Assembly: GCA_964270895.1 (NCBI GenBank)
Contig: OZ185446.1
Origin: Podarcis filfolensis
Lineage: Eukaryota
Direction: 5' to 3' (one strand)
DNA: 64,000 nt
Part shown: one piece after another, positions 22,801-36,924 of the stretch
How the letters are laid out: the number at the start of each line of letters is the position of its first letter
How positions within the stretch are numbered: the first letter of the stretch is position 1
Made by a program: the position numbers and the translations under genes
The notes under the pieces: generated by a model
Seen by the model: only the letters and a program-made list of their open reading frames with translations
What the model was told of the DNA's origin: nothing
Database searches by the model: none

Positions 22801-25729
22801 TCATAGTTCTCCAGATTGTGCCTCTCTTTTGTGATTCTGTACTGCTCCTTTATGTTATCTGTTGGTCTGTTTATTATATTATTGCATTATATGGGTGCAA
22901 CCCCAAAGCCCATAAGCTGCAATGCCTTTCACCTGGGTCTTTGAAATAGGCACCTGTACTTCGCTGAGGATTTCCTCCCTAATCTAAGAAGAAAGATGTG
23001 TGGTTGCAGGGTTGCCACCTGTCCACAGAAAAATGGGCAGGCAGAGGATGGGTTCGGTGGGAGGAGGAGAGCGAGAGCCTGAGAGGGAGCTTGTGAATGG
23101 GAGTTATCAAGGGACACTGGCAGATGGAGGGCAGACGAAGAAGTTTAAGAGCAGTTTTGCATGGGCAGAGGGTGGGAGTGAGGTTTTTTTGGGGGGTTTT
23201 TTGCCGCAGCAGCACAGATCTCTATGGTGGATTCTTGGGTTCTGCATGGGCAAGGGGGGGGGGTTAGGTCATCATTTTCATCACCCTCAACTCATGGAGG
23301 ATGACTGTGTGAAGAGAGGAACCTCCTGTATCTTTGGAGAATCCATGAACACTGAAAAATTAGGGTTTCAAGAGATGCAGAGAACCTCAACTGATACAGC
23401 AGGCTCCCACCCCCCTCTTCACACAGTCACCCTCCATGAGTTGAGGGAAATGGCAATGACAAAGTAGAAGGGTGGAGCAAGGACATCCATTGTCACTTCC
23501 TCATGTGTTTGCTGAACACCGAATCCCAATGCTTGCATAAGGTTAGTGAATCAGTCATAACTGGGCCCTTCTCTGCAGTGGTGCGAACTCTCAGGCTGGG
23601 CCTTTCCTGCTGGGGTTCTTGCTTTGCAGAACTCCTTCTCCCTCAGGAGATTAGGTCACACCCACATTTCTATGGCGCGTCCATTGACAAGTTAAAGCAT
23701 TTTTTCTCTCAGATACTGTTGCTGGATCCTGACGAGCATACCAGTCTGTTTTATTGCTCTGATTATCTCGGGTTGTTTTATTATTTTCACTTTTTTAAGA
23801 TGGTTTGCTCATAGCCGAGAGCACTTTTGAAATTCTTGTTCTTGTTGGGAAGCTGACTACTAGCAGGTTTTACAGGTTTTACAGGTTAAAAAAGAAACCA
23901 TAAATATGTGTGTATTCTCTATAATAGTTCACCAATTTATTCATTCCCCCTCCCAACATAGCATGTTAATTTTTTTATTTTTTAAAAAATTATAGCTGCT
24001 CACTAATACAAAGAACTACCGACTATGCTGCCAAATGTTGCATTATGAATTGATGGCATGGAAGACAATGTACAAAAGGACCACGAGGCTGGACTAGCCT
24101 TTGGGGTTATTGGTCTGCTTGGTCTGCCTAAGATGAGACGGTGCCTCAGAACTGCTAGGTTAATATTTGTTTCCAATTAATTAGAATTTAAGGGAGGCAT
24201 GAAATCCTGGCTTGTGCAGAGCAGCATTTGACTAAAGGCCAAGCAAGCCTGGGAGCTGCAGAAGGCTGAAGGCTCTTGGCTCTGTGGGAGGCCAAACTGT
24301 TCAGGATCAAACATGCTGTCCTCCCACAGCCTACGATGCTCAATTCAAAAAAAATTTCCATCTCCACCTGTGGCCATGAAAGAGGCTTGACAGATGGGCC
24401 TGTCATGCACAAGGCATTAGTTTACATGTAACAGAAACACTTGGGACGTATACTTAAGAGCAATCTTGCATGGCTATTGTGATTGAGGGGGACATCAGGA
24501 GAACTGCTGCATGCCTCAAGTCCTGCCTTAAGTTCTCAGTATTGAAGAATTCTTGTTCCCTACAGGTGGTAAGTCAACATGGCAAACTCAGAGAGAAAAG
24601 GGATATCATGCAGTTCTGAGACAAATGGCCAGATGCTGGAATAGCTGGAGGAGCATCCAGAAAGTTGATACATGTGGAATAGGAATAGCCAACCCAGAGC
24701 AGCGTGCACAGAGTCACCTGATATTATGTTCATTTTTGTCGCATGCTGAAAGATCCCAAGATGGCTGAAGATCACTTTCCCAAGATGACTCAAGAAGCAC
24801 CAAGACTTTTCTGAGAACCAAATCCCAGTGGTAGGTAGGGCAGAACAGTGGATATAAAGTTGGCAGAGCAATGGATATAAAGCCTACCTTTGTACAGTAT
24901 GTTTATTTCCACCCACACTCACACATCCCTCTCTTTCCCCCATCCAAGTAAACAAGAGTCATTATCAAAGACATATTCGAGGCAGACTAGGCTGTTTAGG
25001 GCTTTATATACAAACAGTGAAACGTTAAACCTGGCCTGGTAGCTAATTGGCAGCCAATAAAGATCCCTTAAGAGTGGTGTTATATTTTAGGGTTGTTTCT
25101 CATGTGCTTTTAAATGCAGTCAAAGCAACACGTATGACTCCCAGCGGAAGCCTTCATTTTGCCTCAGTTATACCTATTGAGAAGTAGCTGCATGCATCAG
25201 CTTCCTCATTTATATATCCAAGGGAAAAATAAATCCTTTCTGGTATTTATGCAGTATGAGTTTCATCCTCCAGACACAGAGACTAGCTTTTAAGGTGTGA
25301 AGTTGCCCTCGGATGCAGCGGGATATTTCTTATTGGAAAGGAAGACTCATCATGTGGAAGTGGGGCGTATGATTTCTCTGTTCATTCTGCCAGAATGAGA
25401 TTCTGATTTTCTTACAGCCTTGTAAAACACAAATCACTCCCTGAGCAAAACTGACTGTCTCCAACTGGCAGGTTGTGTTGGCTAATTTAAAGGGTGGGCT
25501 CAGGTGTTTTGTTTCCATCAACTCAAAAGGTGGCATTCTGCAAGCATCTTTTTGACGTGTATGAATAATTGTTCCAATCATGGGCCAAAGTGAGTTGAGA
25601 GGACTCATTTTCCAGGCTAATGTGATTTGTATCAGCCAAACCATTCACAAGACAAGGCAGCAACCATGTTATTTAAACAGCACAAACAGTCACTTCAGAG
25701 TGAAAAGATACTTGGTTTAATATGGGAGA

Positions 25730-25975
25730 CAGGGCTGGCCCAGGACATTTTGCTGCCTGAAGCAAAGGGCAAGATGGAGCCTTTCTATTCCACCTACAGA
25801 AGCCTACCAGGCTGGTATCTTGCTTTAACGCTGATGATAAGACAGCATCCTCCAAATTTTCTGAGGGCAGCAGGCTAGCTTAGAGGGGGTGCAAGGTTGG
25901 CTGTGTGGCATACACAGCTCGGCCCTCCAAAATCCTGTTAGCGCCTTAGTCTGCCTAATGGTAGAGCTGGTCTTG
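25730..25975. mobile_element. hAT-like MITE (cagggctggcc family)
   Basis: Starts cagggctggcccaggacattttgctgcctga and ends gagctggtcttg. Related pieces at 2522-2650, ~27600-27695 and 61560-61755. Confidence 0.65.
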
Positions 25976-26410
25976 AAGTGAAGGACAATAGCCTAGGAAC
26001 AGAACACATGGTCTGCATGAGGACCATCACAGGTTCAGTCCTTGACATCTCCATTCAGATGATGGGGAAAGGCTTCTGCTTCAGTTTCTGCCACTCAGAG
26101 CTGATGAAACGGACTAGTTCAGGGTGTGTGCAAATTGTTCAGTAGGATCTACTTGGTAGATCCCTAACTGATTTGTAGCAGATCAGCAAAGGTTTCTTAA
26201 TCCCAATTGTTTTAACAGCAGCAGCAGCAAAAAAAGGCTGCAGTCCTGTGCAAACCTATTTGCCTGATCCATGGGCAAATTGTTTATTTTGGAGCCTCGC
26301 TGTTATCCAGCTGTAAAATAGTTGTCTTTCTGAATTGGTTTGATCAGATTTCAGTTCAGTTCTGCTGGATGGTTTTAAAGTTTTGTGTAAGAATCTGTTA
26401 TCTGCAGTTA

Positions 26411-26652
26411 CAGTGCTACCTTGGGTTACATATGCTTCAGGTTACATACGCTTCAGGTTACAGACTCCGCTAACCCAGAAATAGTGCTTCAGGTTAAGAA
26501 CTTTGCTTCAGGATGAGAACAGAAATTGTGCTCCGGTGGCGCGGCGGTAGCTGGAGGCACCATTAGCTAACGTGGTGCTTCAGGTTAAGAACAGTTTCAG
26601 GTTAAGAACAGACCTCCGGAACGAATTAAGTACTTAACCCGAGGTAACACTG
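26411..26652 (-). mobile_element. pogo/Tigger-like MITE
   Basis: Reverse-orientation copy of 9093-9350; TA on both flanks. Confidence 0.93.
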
Positions 26653-26664
26653 TACTCATATGCA

Positions 26665-26853
26665 GGTCACATCCACACCATATATCTAAAGCACAGTTAA
26701 AGCACATGACTTCTATCAAATAATAACAGGAACTGTAGTTTGTTAAGAGCGCTGGGAATTGTAGCTTTAAACTACAACTCCCAAGGTTCTTTTTTGGGGG
26801 GTGGGGAGGAACCATGTGTTTTATATGTATGGTGTGAAGCTGTGGATGTGACC
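26665..26853. mobile_element. Palindromic MITE
   Basis: TIR ggtcacatccacac...gtggatgtgacc with the internal family core. Confidence 0.75.
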
Positions 26854-27199
26854 ATAATTTTGTCCTTGTTTATGCGGATTGTTCCAGTGTATGACTCTCA
26901 TCAGGTGCTCTACCTGCTGAGCTGCTATTTTGTCTCCAAAATGGACTTGGCTGTGTTTGGTTGACCTCAGTGTTCTAGGTTTGTTTTTTTTAAGTGGATC
27001 TACATGCTTGGCCCACCCTGGGTCTAGATGGATAATCTGGTATAAGGCAGCTTCCAAAGTTGATTCAAATATCCTATTCTTGAGCTTGTACAAAACTGGT
27101 GCCAATGGGTGGACTTTAGGGGATGGGAGAGGTTTCATAGAATGGAAGGAAAGAGTTAATCCCCTTCCATTGTCCATCCTGACTGTGTGACTGCTATTT

Positions 27200-27400
27200 T
27201 AATATTTATTTATTTATTTATTGAACTTGTTAATTGAATTTATATACCACCATATAACCGCAGGTGTCAGGGCAGTTCACAGAATAAAATCAAAATCTAA
27301 AATTTCAAAATATATAATCAAAATAAAAACAACAACAACCCAATACAGCTCCCCCCCAAAAAACCCCACACCCCACATTTTTAAAAGACATAGGTTTATA
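27200..27400 (-). mobile_element. L2 3' terminus only
   Basis: Matches 13515-13670 (tataccaccc...cagggcagttcacagaataaaat...ccacattttaaaag). Confidence 0.8.
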
Positions 27401-30400
27401 AAACATCAACATGGGAAATTATGTGTTTAACATAGCACATAGTCTGGCCATGTTGTGTAGTTGACACCTCAGTTTGATCGCTGAATGAACCAGAAGGCAA
27501 CTTTCTCAATCCTTCAGAAAGGTTGCATGTGATATAATGAGCACAACCTTGTATAGAACACAAGTGTTTACCACACCATAGGTCTGTGTAGGATATATAA
27601 GGAGATGCATTCCTTGGAGGCCAGATCTGCTGTTCCTGTGGATCCTGCCGCCCCAGGTGGTTGCCTCACCTTGCCTCATGGGTGAGCCAGCCCTGTCTCA
27701 CTCCCAAAACCCTCACACTGACAAGTGAAAGTTATGCAGCCTTAGGCCTTCTAGCAACTCAGCAGCCATTTTGTCACATCCACTCTTTATTCTAAGGAAA
27801 CAGTTGAAGAATGCCAGTCTTTCAGAAGGAGGAGATATGTTCCCTGCACTTGGATTCCTCCTCAGAGCTTGGCTGGCAGCAACTATCTTAAGACTGGAAT
27901 GTGCCTACTTAGCTTTCCTATGCTACTTCAGGGAAGCATGTAACTTGAAGCGGAATAAATGAAAGGCAAGCTACTGTTCGTTGGATGTAGAAGACATAAA
28001 GTTAAAGCCTCGTTGTTTCTAATGCCCTGTTGGCACTTGTCAGGTTTGCTCTTTTTAAAAAAAGTTTTCTATTTTGGCAAGGTTTTATATTATGACATGA
28101 CATTGCCTCACAGCCTGATTTCTGAGGCACATGAAAGCATTAAAAACAAAAAACCTTACCTTCAAAATAAGCATTTCCCAAGCTCCTGGAAAGCACTTCT
28201 CAAATATGTAGACACCACAGATCAGTTGAAAATTTGACAGAGTGTAGCCAAAGGGGAAATTTTGCTCAGGTACAGCTTCAAATACACCAAAACACCCTCA
28301 AACAAGGAACAACCTCTTTTTCTTTAAACATAACTACTTATCAAGCAGTTTGTGCCTCCTAAATATGCAAAAGTGCTGAGTATTTCCTTCTCCGCTCCTT
28401 TCCTCTCTTCTTCCATTTCCAGTCTTCGTTCAATTGTTAATAATCATGTTGTCATTTTCTGAAGAGTTGGCACCAAAACTTTATTCTTTCCACAAAGAAA
28501 CTGCTGCAACCAAATGATTACAAAAACTGTCATTATATCACAAAGTTACAGCCTTGACGTCTGTTAAGTAAAGGTTTATTTTACACTTCAGAAGTCAATC
28601 TGCACAGATGACTAAATTCTTTCAGAAGTGTACAGTGTGCTCCTGTCAAATATATGGGGGAGAAAGAAAAAGAAGTTGATTTCAGACAAATATTTACTTT
28701 TTTGGTTGCAAAAATTAGTTGCCCCTTTTCTGTATGTGGGAAAACATGTCTCTGTCTCTTGTCTCTCATAAGAGCTACTACTCCCAATTGCTGTATCATT
28801 TCAGCTACATCAGGCAATGGCCACTGGGCCGGTTTCCTATACCTTTCATTTCCAGCCAAAATGCTATCTCTTATTTTCTGTCTATAACAACCCATGAAGG
28901 TTGATGGAGGTCACCGAAGCACCTGAGAGTTTGCAAAGAAAAATTCTAGAGACAATTTGGTTCACAGTGTGTGTAATTTGCTGTCTGAAATCTAGTACAC
29001 ATGCTGCTCGTCTGTTTGATCGTGGCTCTTGGGCAAGGGCCCATTAAATCTAATCCAGGCACAAGAATCTCTTCAATCGATGTAATCACAGACGTAGGCT
29101 ACAAAAGTTAGAAAGAAACTGGATGAAGTGTGCTGAATTTATCCCACAGGCAATCTGAGTCATGGGCACCCTTTTACTTTTTCATCACTATAATGTGAAA
29201 AGGTATTTGGTGTAGCCTTTATCTGTGACAAATCCTTGCCCTCATTTGCAAGAAATGGTGGAAGTGCTAGTCTAGGCTGTGCTTAAGAACATTTGACACT
29301 GACACTTCGGAAGGGGCCTTTGATTGGCCAAAACTAGTCCTGACTCCTTACCCTGATGAACTTGGGCTGCTCTGGTTGAACGGGAAGCCATGTGGAATAC
29401 TACAGAAGGGTCTGATTTCCCTCAAGAGTAGCCTTTACTCAATAAAGGATAGGGCTTCCTTCTTAAGTTGGACAAGGGATGAGAAACAGATGGCCACTTA
29501 ACAGTGTGGCCACTTGCTTAGAAATCTCCCACTTAGCTATAACTGCATGGGGAGCCAGCTGTCTGCAGATGTTGACCACACAGCAAGCCCAACTTAATCA
29601 TGATTCCTGCTTCCTTGGAGCATGGTGCTACTCAGCTTGCCCTATAAGTTGATGGGCTACTGGCTGCCCATGAGGGTATAGAGCCATCACTACCTAGAAC
29701 ATTTTTTAAAGCTGGCCTCCAGTAAGAAATTTTTCACTCAAGGTTGGAGCTAAATGAGTGTGCTGGGAGAACCCTTTCCAGCCTTGGCGCCTATGGCAGG
29801 AAAGAACTTTATGCCACTATACCATTCCAAATTTCATCACTTTACTTCCATGATTTTCCAGGATAAGGGGGCTGCACACAAATTTTGTTGTCTTCTGGAA
29901 TCTCATAACACAGAAATGAGCACTAAACACATGCTATATTCCATTACTTTTATGAAAGTGGCCGTTACATTGTGTGAAAGCTCAGATATAATGTGGAAAT
30001 TAATGGTAAGGGAAACATCAGAAAAACAGACTGAACTGCTGTGTGCCTGCAGCCTGTGCACGACTTACTTATAAGTAAACATGCATGGAATTGCTATGCA
30101 AAATGTAAACATCTGCAATCAAATTCCAATTAGGAGAATCTGCCCACGAACCCACTCCTCTGCTTGCTTCTGATCTTCTTTAAGCTGCAGTCTAGCTGTG
30201 CTGCTTTCCAAGGTGACAGCGCAGTGAGTAATCTTTTCCCACTCAGTGGAGGCTGCAGGTATGTGGCAACAAGAGGAAGGTACCCAGCTGAAACATATGC
30301 GTCTGTGATGCTACACCACATCTCCCATGCATGCTAAGTCTTGGCACATGCTGTTCAAACATAAATAGTTTATAATGCAAACTCATATTGTCAGGGAAGG

Positions 30401-30864
30401 TGTGGGTTTGGGGGGAGGGAGAAGGAAATTGTGTAGGCTAAATATAGCTCTTTGATCGAGAGAAGGGGGGGTGTCTCTCTTTGAAAAAAGCTACCACAAT
30501 GAAAGTGTCATTGTCTGTTGTCAGTGTGTATAGTTTTACCAGCCTCCGCAAGGAATGCAGGCCTTGGCAGCACAGATGGCAAGATGTCAAAGGAGAGTAT
30601 CTAATGCTATGCCAAGGGAGACTGATGGATAAACTGACATTCTTCCTTTCAAGTGAGTGTCGACCCAGTGACCCAGGACACTGCTTGGAGATTACATGCA
30701 AAGTCATTTGTGATAGGCTCAAAGAACCTGCGCCATGTGTTTCAAGATTATCTCTGGGCACACTGTGGTCTGGGTTACTGCGCTGTTTGTTTTTGCTTTC
30801 GTTCATGCAGGAATCTCCATCTTTTCTCTCCCACCCGTCCATCACATCATAGTGTAGTGCAAAG

Positions 30865-31300
30865 TAAGAAGTTGCCTTATAATGAGTTAGACCTTTGGTC
30901 CATCTAGTTCAGTATTGTCTACACCAGGGGTTGGGAACTTCAGGCCCAAGGGCCAAAGGCACCCTTAGATTTTTCTCTCTTTGGCCCTCAGGACTCTCCC
31001 AGGCCACAATCCCCACTGGCTCTGCTCTGGGCCCTCCTCACATACTTTGGCCTTGGAATGTGTCCTTGATTGGTTAGAATGGCTTCTGCTTGTGTGGATA
31101 GAGGATGAAGAGGCCGGGAGGTAGGGATGTTTGGCTGAAACAATACCTACCATACAAAAGTCACATCTATTACCCCACCCTATTTTTGCCTTCGGGATCT
31201 GGCCCCTGGAAAGTCTCCCAATGAGGAAATGTGGCCCTTGGGCTCAAAACAGTCCCCACCACCCCGGTCTACCCTGACTGGCAGCGAATCTCCAGTCCTA
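30865..31300 (-). mobile_element. Squam3-like SINE fragment interrupted by a hAT MITE (30925-31266)
   Basis: SINE sequence ...agtattgtctacac|tgactggcagc is split by an element cagggg...ccccaccaccccg with 8-bp TSD gtctacac / gtctaccc. Confidence 0.8.
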
Positions 31301-34300
31301 CCACAAGGCAGAATGAGGCAGCTGCTTCAGGTTTTGGTGTCACGAAAGGGAAGGGATTGTCAGTTGCTTTTGTTCTTATTGTATTTTTACTCCTGATTCA
31401 ACAGGCCATCCTGTCAGCTTCTGTTTGTGGAATGGGGTTAGGAATGACATTTCCTTCAGTTCAGGCATCTTGGACCAGCCCCAGATGTCTGAAAATAAGA
31501 TGATAGAAGCAAACCTGTTTGGGGAGTGCAGAACTTACTTCTTTCTCCTAGAGGTAGAACTTGAAAGACAAGGCCCAGGACTGAAAGCCTTACTTGTATG
31601 AATATCTGGAGAAAGGTGAGGACAGATTAAACAACTGAAGGTGGATCTCTTCTCTATCTGTTGAAAGAATAACTTTCTCACTTGTCTAAAAATGTTGTGA
31701 TGGACAAAGGAAAAGAAATACTCTTGTAGGAATGTAGGATGTGAATGAGTACAAATTGCCACACTGTGCATCTGTCAGTAAGGGGACATGATGTGCACTA
31801 GGTTCCCAAAGATCTTCAGCTAATTGGCATACAGATAGTGGGGTTCTACTGTATATTGTACATGGAAATTCATCCCTCATTGGTTCCTCATTTTTGCACA
31901 ACTCTGAGAGTTATCCAGCATCCTCTGAAACATCTGGCACTGGTTCCATTAATCTGTTCCAATGTGTCAAATCTTGTATTCTTTTCCAGCATGGCTATGA
32001 CATTCAAACAGCTGTTGCCTTCTACGTCAGACAGGATGGCCAGATGTCCTCCACGTTATTGTTATTATTTTACAACTGTTCCATTTTCTATATTTCCAGT
32101 GCACATTTTAAGAGGAGGACGTTGGAGTGTCATGACCACCTATATCTCCAACCTTTGAATATGAAGCACACAGAGTTATTCTGTGCAAATGAGTCAATAT
32201 GCACAGTTCAGAATTTGCACTCAAATCAAGTATTTATTGAGACACGCTTCAGTCTTATGTACAACCTGGCAATAAATCATATTGAACTCAACAAGATTTA
32301 CTTCTGAATAAGATGCCTAGGAATAGACTATAATTATTATTTTTAAAAACAGCAACCTAAACTCAATAGATTTCAGCAATTTATTATTATTATTTCTTCT
32401 ACACTGTTTGTAGGCCTCTGGAGTTGGCAATTTTACCAGCAACCTCCTGCTCCTGTGAGTTTGCAATGCTTGCTCAATTATCTCATTATTTTTTTAAACA
32501 GAATTTTGATGCAGAATTTGGATATACTGTATCCTTTTAGTGCCGGTATGAAAAACCTTGGCAATATTCTTAAATTATACAAAGGTTTTTACTCTGCAGC
32601 AAGGATGGGAAGCTATAGTCACATAACTTGGTAGTACATATAAATTACATTCATATAGAAACTGAAGAATGCAGACAATAGGAAGAATTATTTAAGTGAA
32701 CATTTTTAATAAAGTCTTTAAGCACGAGGACATCATATGCAAATGATTACAGAGCTGTTTTTGGACTCCTTCAGAAAAAAAAAGCCAATGTGTGACTGTA
32801 AATTGCTCTTACAAGTTCCGGGAACCACAGAAAAGCATCAGGTCAAATCACTCAGCAATTCTGTTTTTGCAGCATTGTTCCCAGAAATGCCAACTGCAGT
32901 GCACAATCTAGTTAACACGGAAGAGTCTCTGCATTTAACAGGCTACTCTGAATTAAACTGACTTTCAGGTTTGAATGTGTTGTGACTAGTGTTGCACTGG
33001 TAAACATATGTGAATGTATTGTGGGGTGTGTGTGTGTAACCAGGAGTGGATTTTTGTGTGGAAAGACTGTGAGCTCAGTTTAGTTAAGATACACAAAGTT
33101 CCTGGACCCAGCATTCTTTAATTATGTGTATATCTTTTTCACCTGATTCTGACTGGTGGATTTTTGGCTTATAATAATAATAACATAACAGAGCCCATAA
33201 ACTTGTTCTCCCCTAATTTAAATTATATAATTTTTTAAAAAATTAAAATGAAAGAAATAAAGAGTTCATTTACTTAGATTTTCCTTAATATGTGGTAAGC
33301 ATAGAAGAATTCTTGCTTTATTGAACCAGTGAAAATAATCTGACAAGTCACTCCATAAATCTGAAACTCTGCTAACTCAACATTAAAAAAAAAAAAGGAT
33401 AACAGGAGGAGGAATGGGAAACTACACTTTTGCTCAAAGTTCAGCACTTTTGCTGCTCAGAACTTCCGGAGTGGTAAAATGATTCAGCCACACAAGCAGC
33501 AAATCATAGGGCAGATTTTATAAAAAAATAAAAGATATATATTGTGTACAATTCTCTGGTTTCCTTGGGATATACATGTGGCCTCATTACATTTTGCAAG
33601 ACAAAGACTGACTGGTTTGCAGACATTGGGAGGCTTCTCTTTTAAATAACTGTTGCAATGAAGATCAAAGGTTTCCCTTGAATCTTCCATTTGGGATGCA
33701 ATTTTTATTTGCATTGGATTGAAATTGCATTTATGTAGGTTTCTGTTGTTTTACTGTTATATCACTTTGAGAAGCTGTTTACAAATAAGATCAATACTAA
33801 TACAAATCACACACACACACACACACACACACACAATTTGTTTCCAGCCAGTGACATTGGGATGTCTTTACATCTTTCTTGAACTTCAAGTTCCTACCCG
33901 GAAGCTAAATATAACCCAAAGTTTTTCATTAGTTTTTTTTTCCCTTTTAGAAAAAGCTAAACACAACAGAAACCCCAAGGATCTTATAAACTAGGGCAAA
34001 CCACATAGCACTTTATCAAAATGGCATTAAACATCTGACTAATACCCACAGAAAGAAAGAGATTTGTGTGTAAATATTAAGCACCATTTGCCCAGAGAGT
34101 TGTGTGGCTAAATCTTCAAATATTGTGTTGACTATTTACACCTCCCTGGAGTCATAACTCATCTTGTTTAGCCTGAGATTATAAAAGTTGATGCTGCAAT
34201 GTCTGGACACAGCAAGATGTTATGGAGGAGGATGAATATGTGTGTGCACACACAAACACACACAACAAGGAATTCTATATACGACACAGAAAATGTTTAT

Positions 34301-34852
34301 TTAATTAGTACATGGTTTGTGCAATTTCCATAATTTATTCTGCTTGTGATATTTTGGGGCTTTGCAGAATTACCAGTTCCACAGAGAAGAAAACTCAAGA
34401 GTCCTTGTCCAGAATATAAAATGCAAATCAGAGCATACAAACTGGCTTCATTAGCAAAATTTGAATTACTTGTCAAATTTGGTGGCCTGGACCAAGGTGC
34501 TGTAGGACACAAGCAATTGGGATTTATAGAGGGTGCAGGAAAAAGGGGTAGAATACTGTTGGTGGAGAAATTTACTACATTGGGCAAAAGTGTATTCTGG
34601 AGCTGTGTTTATCATTTCCAAATGACTGCATTATACATATTAATAGCATTTAAATACATTGCTGGTTATATAGCCATTCAGCATCTGTTCTCACTATTAA
34701 GTGACATATATTAACTACGGTGTTTTTCACACAATTGAATGACATTTATTAGCTTAAGTGGCCACTTAGAGATCTAATAGAAATGCCTATAACAAGAACT
34801 AGGACACAGATATTTAGCGCGCTTCAACAGCAGCCATTTCATCAGTTTAGTG

Positions 34853-34975
34853 CAGGGGTGCCTAACATGGTGTCCGCTGGATGTTTTGGGACTCTAACTC
34901 ACATCAGCCCTAGCCAGTATGACTAATGGTTGTGGATTAAGGGAGCTGTGGTCCAGCAACATCTGGCAGAGGCTC
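34853..34975. mobile_element. Degenerate palindromic hAT MITE
   Basis: ggatgttttgggactc...gtccagcaacatctgg; same family as 582-722 and 61941-62076. Confidence 0.65.
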
Positions 34976-35463
34976 AATATTTCTGCTTTAATGAATATAG
35001 ATCTCCTGTAAATGATGCACTTTCAAAAGTAAATTTGACTTGGAAACCTACATTTGGATATATGCATTATGCGGGCCAAGCCTGTGCATATCTACTCATG
35101 AGTAAGTCCCACTGAGTTCAGAAAGGGGTATTTCTTGGATTGCAGCCCTACCTCATAAATATTTGGAAGAGTACATTTGGGATTTTTTTGATGTCAAATT
35201 ATTCTCTGTTTCTGTTTGTGGAAACTGTTGCAATACTACATTCAATATTGGTTATGATAAAAATTTGAAAATACCCAGGACACGATCAATCACACTTAGG
35301 TGCACTTCATTCAACTAATTTCAGATGTGAATTCCTGATGAGTGATGGACAGTCTTTTTCTTCTCTGTGCAGTTGCCCCATGTGTTCATATGTTTTTCTC
35401 ACCCTATGTCCTCATTAATCTGTATATCTTCTTTAAAAATGCACAAAAAATGATATTTGAATA

Positions 35464-35705
35464 CAGTGGTACCTCAGGTTAAGAACTTAATTCGTTCCGG
35501 AGGTCCGTTCTTAACCTGAAATGGTTCTTAACCTGAGATGGGCTTTCGCTAATGGGGCCTCCCGCTACCGCTGCGCTGCTGGCGCAGGATTTCCATTCTT
35601 ATCCTGGGGCAAAGTTCTTAACCTGGAGCAACCAGTTCCTGGTTAGCAGAGTTTGTAACCCAAAGAGTCTGTAACCTGAAGCATCTGTAACCTGAGGTAC
35701 CACTG
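35464..35705 (+). mobile_element. pogo/Tigger-like MITE (divergent variant) inserted in a hAT-family remnant
   Basis: CAGTGGTACCTC...GAGGTACCACTG with TA flanks. Host remnant spans ~35340-35793. Confidence 0.92.
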
Positions 35706-35896
35706 TACATATTTAAGTATGCATTTTCTTACCAAATTTGCACCTATACTCATATTTAATCTGAAAACACGGATTTCTAAGGATGAAATCCTAAAGGAGA
35801 GGGAGCAGGTGGTAAGATAATGAAAGACAGAGAAAACCCAATGTTTTCCAATGTACTGACACGCTCACACCAGTGCTCTTGAGTTCCTCTGTCTTT

Positions 35897-35985
35897 TCCT
35901 TCCTTCCTTCCTTCCTTCCTTCCTTCCTTCCTTCCTTCCTTCCTTCCCTTCCCTTCCCTTCCCTTTCCTTTCCTTTCCTTTCCTT
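35897..35985. repeat. Compound polypyrimidine microsatellite (TTCC)n-(TTCCC)n-(TTTCC)n
   Basis: Seen directly in the sequence. Confidence 0.97.
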
Positions 35986-36924
35986 TAACTATTTCCTTTC
36001 CATTAGGAATAATGGTGTAGTTCATACCCTGGTTTGGGTAAATATTGAGGGACTTGTAAGGCTACAGATCTTTCAGCTGTGTGCCTTTCCTCAATCTGCC
36101 TATTGCATGCATCCAGTCTCTCTTGTCACACTCCTTTTTAGTCCAGTCTTAGGGCTTGTAGGCTGCAGAGCTTTTCATGGTGATGATGAAGATAATGAAG
36201 ATGCACCCAACATCACATTTGCATCTCTGAGGTTGAACCTTTCTCTCCACGCTGAGACCAAAGGATTGCAGGGTTAAAGTATTTTATGGTAAAATCAGCG
36301 TTTTCAGTTGTTGTTGTTTTTTAGCCAAGAACAGCATCACAAAAATTCAGAGAGGTGCAAAATCAGAAGGCAAAATTGTGTTTCCCAGGCTGCACCTTAG
36401 TTCAGGAGGTGTGGATTTAGTTGGTTCATATCAGAATCCACAAGGAACAAATTCTTCAAGCATCCCTATTCCTAATAATGTTATGGGAGGTCAGACAAAC
36501 TACATTTGCTTCTCTGAACCTGAAAGTGATTTTGGCACCAGGCTCCTTGAAAACTTGTAATGGAGAGTGAACTTGTTGGATTATGTGGTCGTTTATTCAT
36601 GAGTACACCAGGAGATATTATAAAATATAAATGTAATCTGTGATAATGGGCTCCTTAGGAGACAACCACACAGTTGGAGCCAAATGCCAAGTTTTGAATA
36701 AGTTAAGAAATTTTAACAGGAAATGGGAAGCAATCACAGTGCATTCCAATTAGGATCACACAACTCATACTTAGAGGGTCAGATGTGGTGGGCTGATCAA
36801 ATTAATCTGAAGTTTAACTTTTGGATTTGATCCCAGGCAAATACAGATTCAGAACCTAACATTACCATTTCGCCCGCACAATGCTATGAATCTTAAACTA
36901 TATACATTGCAATGCCTCCGTTAA

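Noticed and set aside
23000-23467. 155-aa plus ORF
   Set aside because: GTG start, G-rich low-complexity composition, no homology I can recognise.
30438-30907. Overlapping 123-135-aa ORFs on both strands
   Set aside because: No domain or codon pattern; the one exon-like reading (SARNAGLGSTDGKMSKESI*) has a weak acceptor and no partner.
31894-32307. 137-aa ORF considered as an endogenous viral or transposase relic
   Set aside because: No viral or transposase motifs; non-ATG start.
35873-36277. 134-aa ORF with LPSF repeats
   Set aside because: Translation of the (TTCC)n microsatellite.
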